Of a stretch of DNA of 64,000 bases, positions 13,157 to 23,700 are shown one piece after another. The DNA is taken from the NCBI GenBank assembly GCA_044892505.1, contig CM097884.1, positions 141,298,001-141,362,000 of the forward strand, written 5' to 3'. Under the pieces are notes generated by a model. The model was not told the DNA's origin, made no database searches, and worked only from the letters and a program-made list of their open reading frames with translations. Each line of letters starts with the position of its first letter. Positions within the stretch are counted from its first letter, which is position 1. Position numbers and translations under genes: made by a program. Origin of the DNA: Schmidtea nova (taxonomy: Eukaryota).

Positions 13157-14185
13157 CCTAGTTAAATTAAATAATTTTGCATATAAAGTATTTAATTAGC
13201 CTTTAATAAAAATTAAATTTTCATTTAAAAAGTACCTAATTTTAATTTAAATATTTTTCATATATTAAGTACTTAATTTTGCCGTAAATAAAAATATTTT
13301 CATATATGACCTATTTAATTTGATAATAAATATTTAATTTCTCTTAATATGACTTACTTTATTTGACCTTAAATTGTTCGTAAATTATAATTTTTCATAT
13401 ATGACCTACTTAATTCTGCCTTAAATAAAAATATAAAGTATTTAATTTTGCCTTACATAAAAATATTTTCATATATGACCTACTTTATTTAAATTAAATA
13501 AAAATAATTGCATATATAAGTACTTAATTTGACTTTAAATAAAAATATTTTTTTTGTATTAAATACTTAATTTTGCCTTAAATAATATCTAATTTTCATA
13601 TATGACCTACTTAATTTAACTTTAATAAAATATATTTTTCAAATATGTTCAAATAGTACCTAATTTTACTTTAAATTAAATATTTAAATATATGACCTAC
13701 TTAATTAAAAATATTTCATATATGACCTACTTAATTTAATTTAAATAATATCTAATTTTCATATAAAAAGTACCTAATTTTACTTTAAATTAAATATTTA
13801 AATATATGACCTACTTTATTTGACTTTAATAATATCTATTTTTCATACAAAAAGTACCTAATTTTAGTTTAAATTAAATGTTTAAATATATGGCATACTT
13901 TATTTGACCTTAAATTGTCCTTAAATTATAATATTTTAATTTTAAATATATGACCTACTTTATTTGACCTTAAATTCACATTAAAAATGACCCTAAAGTG
14001 TCCTTAAATCGACATTGACCTACTTTTTTGTCCTTAAAGTGTCCTAAAACCAAAATTTTGACCTTAATTTTACCTTAAGCGAAACATTTGACCTTAAAAT
14101 GACCTTAAATTGACCTACAAAAAAAAAGTTTTCTTGGGGGTTATGGGGATTTGACCTTTATATGACGGGGACACATCCTACTACT
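12990..14185 (-). mobile_element. Polinton/Maverick-type terminal repeat: ATATGACCTAC / TTTGACCTT arrays ending in CTACTACT
   Basis: Minus strand reads AGTAGTAGGATGTGTCCCC. AG/AGT terminal microrepeats and repeat-rich TIRs are established Polinton features. Confidence 0.7.
13122..13154. repeat. (TA)n microsatellite
   Basis: Directly visible. Confidence 0.95.
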
Positions 14186-14790
14186 GATATGGGAGCAATT
14201 CAATGATAAATATTTAGTTAAATCTTCAAGTTGTACTATATTCAAATCATTTGCAAATGTAAATGTTTCTTCAATTTTGGCATAATAAGATATTGTCATC
14301 TTAATATCTTTTTTCTAATAACTATTCCGTTCAAAAAACACGAACTTTAATTGATATTCTTTAAATGTACTTACAATTTAAAGTTGATTACTTTCCATCC
14401 GTTTTGCTTCTTCAATATATTCAAATGTAATTGCATATAGAGGAAAATCACAATTAATATTTAGACATCCATTGTTGAAATACATAATACAATGAGCATT
14501 CAAATTTTGGTTAGAAATAGTATAAATTCTTTCAAAATTGTTGATGATGAATAGACCACAACATATTTTTGATTCATTTCTTTTGTAATGAAATTATCAT
14601 TGACTATAAAATGGAAAAGTGTTGTACATAAACATGAAATCTTGCAATGCAACTTCCCAATTACCGTGTAAATAAATCGGATTTTGAAGATTGATTATAG
14701 ACTTGCTAGCCTGATTGTTGCAATGAATTATTGGACAACTATTAATTGGTTAAATAGTATAAAAATTAATTTTACTAGATTTTTTGCTGA
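14186..14790 (-). pseudogene. Polinton minor capsid (penton-like) protein, decayed
   Basis: FYTI*PINSC...LQNPIYLHGNWEVALQDFMF resembles the Polinton minor-capsid N-terminal motif. It lies directly downstream of the integrase fragment. Confidence 0.6.
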
Positions 14791-15295
14791 TATCCATGAT
14801 GGTTTTAATGTCAATGCCGCTTTAAATAGTATTGTTTATTCATACCCACCGTTTTTTCCCGTATTTTCTGAATTCTAAATACAGTTAGCGGGAGAATAAC
14901 TTGTAATTATTGCTCATAAAGTTTCCCATTGACTTCATTATTGTCAGAGTCAGAAATAACATACATGAAAGGATCTTGACTAGTATTAATTTTCGATATT
15001 TGAAATACCTCATCACTCCAATTACTATCAAAATTCTTTATGAATGGTAAAGCACTAATTTTACTAATTGGGACATGGTTTCTTTAATGTTTTTACTTGA
15101 CAAGACATCTTTCCAGTATTTTTCGCTGAAACATCAACCGGTCTCAATCCATTTATATTTAGATACGGAGAATGATTATAACTATGAATTATTTTCGGTA
15201 ATATTTTGACCCATGTTTTATTACCCTGGTACACAAAATACTTTTTGAGTCGATCTCGTAATGTTCGATTAAATCCTTCAACATAAGCTGCTTAA
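14790..15295 (-). pseudogene. Polinton integrase, C-terminal half
   Basis: KAAYVEGFNRTLRDRLKKYF..WVKILPKIIHSYNHS..NWSDEVFQI..EVNGKLYEQ, followed by a chromo-like tail. Confidence 0.85.
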
Positions 15296-15639
15296 ATTAA
15301 GAGAATACATAGTAATGATAGCATAACAACCACACCAATTAATTCACAAGAAACAGAATAAGAAAAACAATCATCACAAATGTTAATCTCGTTATTCAAT
15401 CAAAATATTGATTTGGCAAAATAAGACTTAAGACATTCATGAATATAAAAATTAAAATATTAAATTAAAATCAAATACATGGACAAGGTGGTTACACCTT
15501 TCAATCTTCAATTCTTTAATGCCGATCCAAATAATTGATATTAATCGAATTTCGAATCTCTTTAAATAAATATAATTAAATTAACTGATGTGGTTTTATG
15601 TGATTCTCATGTTTTCTTTATCTTTATTCGATACTCGTT

Positions 15640-16010
15640 GAGCTTATCATATGCCTTGTGCGAAATCCCACGTACTTTTGAAAAAACTGACCGTCTTTTC
15701 TGTTTCGAGTTTTAGAACATTGTCAATTTATGATGATGGGTTTTAGTTTTCAATCATACTATTGTTTGTAAATATAGAAGTATTTGTAAAATATTCTTGA
15801 AAATAATTTTTTTAAAGTATTGTTTTTAAGATAAATTTATTCAAAATTGTAAAAAATTATATCTTTTCTAAAATTTTTTTGATGATTTAAAAAAATAAAA
15901 CTTTACTATATTTTGTAGATTTCGAAATTATGATTAATTTGTTTAAATGAATCGATTTATTTGATCTAAATTGGAATGTTTGACTGAAAAACCATGTTTG
16001 TTGTATTATG
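15640..16010 (-). repeat. Copy of the long-TIR repeat family
   Basis: GACCGTCTTTTCTGT..CATACT(A/G)TTGTTT is shared with 38160-38250 and with the reverse complement of 7740-7810. Confidence 0.6.
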
Positions 16011-16157
16011 TATAACTCAATTAGCAATTAATCACTTTTAGTAGTGGGATTTGAGCCCATGTACCAAAGCTCCCCCCCAAAACTTGAAAATTTTGGTAAA
16101 AGTTTTTAGAAAACCCTATACAAAATGTCTTTTTCAAAGACTTCCTCTTATAAATTT

Positions 16158-16258
16158 TTTTACGGACACACCAAGACGCCACAAATATTCAAAAAATATT
16201 GTATAAAATTTATACAATATTTTTTGAATATTTGTGGCGTCTTGGTGTGTCCGTAAAA
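16158..16258. repeat. Perfect palindrome: 50-bp arms, 1-nt spacer
   Basis: Checked base by base around the centre at 16208. Confidence 0.97.
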
Positions 16259-16911
16259 TAGACAGCAGATTTAGATTAATGCTAAGTTCCGAAGATATAT
16301 GCAATGCTAAGAGGCAAATTTTAAAAACTATAAAAATTTTCAAAAATTTACAAATGGAGAGAGTAGAAGAAAATTTTATAAGAACAGAAATTTCTAGTTC
16401 TTCAGGAGAAGATGAGGATATTCTTGAACAAGTTTTAAAGAAGAAAGAAAAGTTTTCTCAAATTAATTCGTCAAATATAAATGCTACCTCTTCAATTGAT
16501 AGTTCAGTTAAAAATGAGATGACAATATACGAAAATTATCCAAGGCTGGCAAAAGAAAAAAATATTTTAGGATTTTGGGAGCAACATAAAATGGAAACAC
16601 CATTATTATATCAGGTAGCCCAGATCATCTTCGCAGTTCCTGCAACGCAAGTAAGCGTAGAAAGGGCTTTTTCAGCTTTGAAATTTATTTTATCACCACA
16701 AAGATCAAATTTAAAAGAAGAAAATTTAAAAAATATTTTAATTATTAAATTAAATGAAAATTTTTTTGAAAAATAAATAAATGATATTGTACTTTTTTTT
16801 CTAAATTTTGAATCCGAACCTGAACCCTGGACCGAACCTGAACCCAAACTTTTTATTTTGATTAACCCGAACCTGAACCCGAACCCAATTTTTTCAGGGT
16901 TTCAGTCCCTG
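16209..16911 (+). mobile_element. 5'-truncated hAT element: transposase C-terminus plus right end
   Basis: ORF 16234-16776 contains ILGFW..PLLYQVAQIIFAVPATQVSVERAFSAL. CCGAACCTGAACC subterminal repeats precede the end ...CAGTCCCTG. Confidence 0.85.
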
Positions 16912-19132
16912 GTATAAATGAATAAAAAATTATCATCATTAGTATTCAAAGCTGTCTTATATATTTAATTGAAAAACTAACACACCAATGCAAAATAAAT
17001 GAATCAAAAAACAAAATCCAGCTTACAGATAATTTCAAAATTACTTTTGAAAAATAGCGCCAATCATTTTTTATTTCGGATAAACTTCTAACATCATTTA
17101 AAGAATTTGATATCATCTTTCTTTCAAAATTATTTAAATCATTCAACAATAAATTAATTGAAAATTTTATTGATTTGTTCGGATATGAGAAATCCGAAAT
17201 TATCAAGTTTTATTGTGAATCTTAATGATTTAGATTCTACCATTTTCTGGTTGTGTATAAAATTTCGATTTGAAAAATAATGTAAATTTATTCGAAATTT
17301 CATTGTAAATGTGGTTGTTTTAAAATTAAAAGTCAACAAAAAATTACAAGAAACAAAACAAAGGTTTCTCGCATGTTCATCAGTTAACACCTGTAAAGTT
17401 CTTCATAACATTAATTAAGAAATAATTCATTTGGAAACCTTTATATTTTAATATTACAATTTCATAAAGTGATTTTTAGTCATACTCATTTAATCTAGGA
17501 GAGAAATATAAGTCCTTGTAGTGCCTCGGACTTTTCAATTTAATTATGACATTAATTTATTATTATATTAAATAAACTTTTTTTCCTTTTGTTTTAAATA
17601 AGCAAAAAACGGACTTTTTAACTTTCAAAAAAAAACCAACATGACGAACACGCTCCAAGAAGAATTTACAATTATCAAATAAAAATCGGAAATGAAATTT
17701 TTTCAAATCTAAACGTTACAAAGAATCAGAGATCTGTGGAAATACCGAGTGAAAAGAAGCTATCTGAATCCAATACTTATAAACATATGATTATGTCAGT
17801 AAAAATCATCAGTCATTGAATACGACAATTCTTTCATCTTCATCTCAGTGATGTAATCTCTGTGATCTCAGTGATGGAATAGCAAAGGCTCATTTACTCC
17901 AACAATTTCAAAACAATCATAATTATTTCTCTTTGCTAAACATTCCTAATGGCTCTTCGATTTTCAGTGGCTGCAATATGAGTCAGGTTAATGAGTTTCT
18001 CGATGTCGATCCAATGGATGACAATCAGACACAGCAATCGTTTATGCATAGTGAAAACAATAAAGAATTCAACCAAAAACCATTGAATCCCAAACACAAT
18101 ATGCGTAATGTGCAAACAATGCCGAATCCCAGCACAATCAATCAAAATCAACAAGTTATTCTGCCAAAAATTAGCGATTACGAAAACCAAGCAATTCATT
18201 CATCAACTATTGTAGATTGAAATATAATGTATAACGTTCTTAATCTTTTCCTTTTTCTACAGTCCTCTTACTGAATGAATATGATAATGATATCGAAAGA
18301 TACCCGATGGGTTGAATAATTCCAAACTGAATATTGAGTTGAAGAATCTTCGTTGCAGAAAATCCATCGAAATACAATTGTGAAAGATTTTTCGTCGGGA
18401 AATATGGACAAATATCATACAATAAATAGTTAATTGGAGTGATGTTGTACAAAATAAGTTTCTTGTATTTTAATATCAAATATCAAATTTACTATTCTTC
18501 CAACAATGTTGTTTGTTTTAATAATTACAATCGTTTTTTTTTATTTTTTCGAAATTAACACTTTGTATACATTTTTATGGTTTGTCTCTTTGTCCAACAT
18601 ATAATAAAGATTTCATTCATTGTTAACACGATGTTAAAATACAGTTGATTTTTTGTCTATTATATTATAGAAATTTATGACCGATTATATGACAGGCTGC
18701 ACTGTTTTTTATCAAACCTTTTAGTTTCATAATAATCAATAGTTTTACACGAGAAACATTTATCTTAATCGAACGAGCTACAAATTTTGTAAATCCATCA
18801 AAGAAAAGAAGGACAAATCAAGAAATGAAAAAAGATATGTAGAGAAAGTCATTGGCAAAATTTTTTGGGGGGTCTCTGAAAACACATTTTGCGGTGGGAT
18901 TCACTAAGATTTCACGTTTTCAGTTACCCTCCCCAGGAGAGTTTGGCCCGGCGGGCTCACATCCCCCTACTATCTTTATCTACAAAAATGTATTTTCCCT
19001 ATAATATGTCGTATCAGTTACTCGTAAATGAACTTTCTTCAATATGTCATGTTCAAAGGATTTTTCATTCATTAGTTTGAATTTTGATTTTACAGAGGTT
19101 AATTTCAAATTTAATAGTGCTTTACCTTAATT

Positions 19133-20220
19133 CAGTGGTTTCCAACCCGGGAGGCGCGGCCTATGGCTAAGGGAGGCGCCAAAACTTTTGAGTAAAAAAA
19201 TGATTTTCATACTATAATATCTACAAATAAATAAAACTTCATGTGGTGGGAGTTTTATTTTGTCCGACGGGCATGTCGAAGAGTGTGGGATGAAGAAATG
19301 ATTGGATTGTTGCAGATTGAATAATTATCATCTAGTCTTGTTGGAACATTCAGAGAAGCATTGGAATCTGATCGCTTTGGAAACTATAAACTATCTTATG
19401 ATCTTTATAACAGTTGCTTTCCAAAGAATCAATCGATGAAAATGACGAAAATACACTCATTAAGGAAACTGTGTAGATGGGCAGAATTGACGAAGTTTTT
19501 CGATGGCACGATTGACGAAACATTGATTTCACAGAATCTTAAACTCAGAACTTAAATGTTTGATAAAGATATTGGTTAAAGAAAAACTATTTCAGACTTA
19601 GACGAATTGTTGGAAAAATTAGTTTATATTTTATTGTTAAAAAAAGTACTTTTGGAAAATACTTTTTAGTTATGTTTTTATGGAAAATTTGTAAATTATG
19701 ATTTACTTTTTTAATTTGGTTTGTAAAAGGTTGTTTAAATATTCAAAAGGAAATTTTGTAAATTAGTTTTTCAAAATAATAAAGATTTGTGAATTAGCAT
19801 TTAATTATTATTTATTTTAAATTATATCAATAAAATATTTTTAGACAAATGGATAAATCTTTGAGTGGGTACAAGAGAAAAGTCGACAATAATGAAGATA
19901 GTGATGCTGGTACAAGTGGTAATAATAGCAAAAAAGAAGGAGGTAAAACTCCCAAGAAAAGACAATACTGTTCATCATATTTATCGTTAGGATTTACAAG
20001 TGTTGTTATAGATGGCTCGGAAAAACAATGTGTTTGTTGTGTTTGAAAGTCTTGGCTTCAGATAGTATGAGACCAGTAAAATTAAAACGGCACCATGAAA
20101 CTCTACACTCTGCATATGTTAACAAGCCCATTGAATTTTTTCAAAGAAAATTACACAAGATAAATATTCAAAAAGTAACGTTCAAAAAAATAGTTTCAGT
20201 CACACCAAACGCATTATAAG
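19133..20220 (+). mobile_element. 3'-truncated hAT (Buster/Charlie-like) element with BED-finger transposase start
   Basis: CAGTGGTTTCCAAC terminus. KRQYCSSYLSLGF..C..C.KVLASDSMRPVKLKRHHETLH..KPIEFFQRK, frameshifted. Confidence 0.8.
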
Positions 20221-20427
20221 GCTTAATTTAAATATTTCACTTTTATTCTTGAATTGTCTTTTCTTATTTTAAGACAATTGATCAAAAATATATTTTTTCT
20301 TATTTAGCACAAATTTTCGGCATTAAAATATATTTTAATATAAATTTTGATAAAAACTTAATTAATTGTTTATGATTTTTTCAGACCAAATTAATAATAT
20401 TTAAAAACTAACTTAATCAAATCAAAA

Positions 20428-20429
<2 letters not shown>

Positions 20430-20472
<43 letters not shown>
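20430..20472. repeat. (TA)n microsatellite
   Basis: Directly visible. Confidence 0.95.
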
Positions 20473-20482
<10 letters not shown>

Positions 20483-20729
20483 AATGTTACACTAATGAAT
20501 GTAAAACCTTATAAAGTGTTAACGAATAAATAATATAAGATATAAAAATAAAATAATATTGGCCATTAAGTGGGAATTTCGTTCCATTTAACTTCTTGAC
20601 TGTGTTCCGATTTTTAGTTAATTATTTAATATTTCTCCATTGCATTTATTAATTTGGAAAAAAAATAAGTGACATAATCAGCTGGAAAAAGTACGATTCT
20701 ATAAAAGCAAAATGGACATTTGACATACT

Positions 20730-23700
20730 TATCCGAGAGAAATTGCTGGAGGATCTGTTTCATTGCCTGCAAAAAAAATTTGAAATCTTATAACCAAAAT
20801 TTAGAAAAATCCTCACTGAATTGTCTGAATTTTCGACAAATTTCATTACAGTATTCTTCAACTGAATAACAAACAAAACTGTCATTTGTCCGATTAGTAG
20901 AAATAAATTTCTTTTACTTTGTTTTGAATGCTGACATTTGTTCCGGCATTTAGAAGGAGCTCAAATAATTTGTAGTGTCCATTGATGGCAGAGAGATGTA
21001 GTGCTGTGTTTCCTTCCTTGTCTTGGAGGTTAACGTTCGCTCCTAATTTTAACAGTTCCTTAGCTACATCAACATTGCCATTGTTTTTCAAACCCGCTAG
21101 AAAAAAAATAATTATTTACAATAATTCACCAATCAAAATCTTGTAAAAATAATACAATAATGTAAATATAAAATAAAATAAAAAATTGACTCTCGAAAGC
21201 TTTGACATTCGAGTGTCCATGATAATATGTCCTCAATAATAATATCTATTGCCTTTTTTAAATGTACATAAAAATAGTTTTTTATTTATCTGGATTATTC
21301 ATTCCAAACGTTTTCAATCTATATTTTAATAAATCTATATATTTAATAAAAACTTTAATAAACGTTTTTATTGTAAATTTTAAATTTGATTTTAAGTATT
21401 CTAATTATTAAAATCTTTACTGATAATTATTTTAATTTTAAACGAGATGTTTTCTTTTTTTTATTAAAATAATTTTATAAAAATCTTTAGTGTATTTTTA
21501 AACACACACATATATATATATAAAGATATTTATGAAATACCGAAAAAGGTAAGTCATTATAATTTTTATTTGACAATAAACGTTTTCCTTTTTCTTTATT
21601 TATTAGGCAGTTGTTTTCTGCCTCTTTTTTCTATAGTTAGAAAGCCAGTTTTTTCACTTTCACACTATGTTTTGGATACCTTTAGGTTCAAAATCTATTT
21701 AACACCAAAATTCTTGATAATCTTCACCGAATTCGACTACTTCTATTAATAATTTTATGTAATGTTCTGTATATCAGGAAGAGAAAACAAAGATGTTTGA
21801 TAAGAAAGTAATCTCAATTTTCTTCTTGCGTATCAGAAAGTGAGATTTCCTAGTGGGACACCTACCATTAGACTTAAGCGTGCAGATAAAGTTGTATAAC
21901 TTTGTGTAATTGAAATTGTGATAAATTTGAAAATAAAGATGATTGTGCTGAATTCAATTCATTATTGTTAGAGAAAAAACAGGAGTTAGAAAAATACCGA
22001 CTATTCATTAATAACCCAACAAAAGTAATTGATTATTTATTTTATTTTATGTTATAATTATTTATTTTATTTTCTTAAACCCTAACAATTAAAACATTTG
22101 GGATAGTAACATTTCCATTATTAGTCATAATATAAGACGTTATTTCCAAAATTATATTCTATTTAAAACTGTAATATTTAAACAAATATTAATCTAAATA
22201 TCGTCACTCTCCCCTTCTTTAAGAACTGTGATACTTTTTCAGCCATTCAATTCTTCTGCATCTTTTTCCACTTGGATATTCTAGTTCAACTTGGTGTTTC
22301 GTTGGGAAACCAAGAATCTTTACAGGACCTTCGAACAAATTACCATGCTTTGATCTCTTATGGGGATCCATTTTTACTAGAACTCTCTGACCAACCTCAA
22401 AATGCCGATGAATTTTCTTATCTGCATCTCTTGATCTCATTTTATCTGCCGCTACCTTAATATTATTCTGTGCTGTCAATAATACTTGTTCTCGATTAAG
22501 ATCTATAAATGAATTCTTTCCATGTATATTAACCTTTCTTCCAAATAGTATTTCCATTGGCGAAAATCCCGTAGAACTCTGTGTTGTTGAGTTTAGGGAA
22601 TATTCAATTTTTGGCATGATGTCATCCCAACACCCTCCAGTTTGCCCACCATTCAGAAACGTCACGATCATATCACGAACCGTTCGTATTACCCGTTCTG
22701 CTAAACCATTAGACTTATGATCATATGGTGAGGTAAATATCCATTCGATGTTAAAATTATCCATTAACCCTTTGATTTGACTTCCTTCGAAAACTTTACC
22801 TCTATCCGAAACAATGTAAGCTGGTTTACCGAATTTGTATATCCAATTGTGTAAAAGTACCCGATATATTGTCTTTTCATCTTGGTTCTGAGTAGGCGTT
22901 AAACTAACCATCTTGCTGAACTGATCAATTATTACTACCAAATAACGGTTACGGTTTCTGGTTTCTTTCATATGAGCAATATCGATTACGATTTGTTCCA
23001 TCGAACTCATTATTACCCTAGGAATTAAATACTCAGCTGTCTTACTTGTCAACACTTTCCTTCTCATGCATACATCACATTTTTTTATAATATCTCGTAT
23101 ATCGGTTACCATGTGTATCCAAAAAAAATAATCGTTCATATAATTTGTTGTTTTCTTAACTCCTAAATGACAGAGTTCTTTGTGCATATGCTGTACGACT
23201 TGTGACACCATTTTCTGCGGAATTATTATCTTCTGCTTATCATCATTTACTATTAATAACAGATTGTCTTTTACAAATATCTGATCCAGTCTTTTGGAAT
23301 AAGGTGAATCCCGAATCAAGTGAGGTATCTCGGGACTCGGGTTTAGTACATATTTCTTTATTGTAGACAGCAAATTATCTGTTTCCTGATTCTCAATATA
23401 TACCTGCATATTTAAATTACTTGAAGTAATCACGTTCAAAAATCTTATTCGGCTCTTCTCAAGTTTTCCTTCTTCGTGTTCGGTTTGACATTGTGAGCAA
23501 TAACTTAGTAATATCCTCGATAGTCCATCAGCGTTACTATGATTTTCACCTTTCCTATATTTTAAATCAAAATCATAACCTGACAACTCACTCAACCATG
23601 TTTGGAATTGTGGACTTATTGGTTTCGAAGTTGACTTTAAGAACTTTAAAGCCTTGTGATCCGTACGTATATCAAACTTTTTTCCATATAAATAATGCCG

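Larger units (their letters stand above)
16040..18971. mobile_element. Possible non-autonomous Polinton-derived element bounded by diverged AGTAG termini
   Basis: About 100-bp diverged inverted ends (AGTAGTGGGATTTGAGCCC and AGTAGGGGGATGTGAGCCC). The flanks ACTTTT and ATCTTT match only 4/6. Confidence 0.35.

Noticed and set aside
12990-14160. CRISPR-like repeat/spacer appearance
   Set aside because: The units are degenerate and the intervening sequences are mutually similar. There are no cas genes and the context is eukaryotic.
20620-20730. Exact 3' end of FANK1
   Set aside because: Read-through to a stop near 20625 and a further GTATGT donor are both possible, and cannot be distinguished without transcripts.
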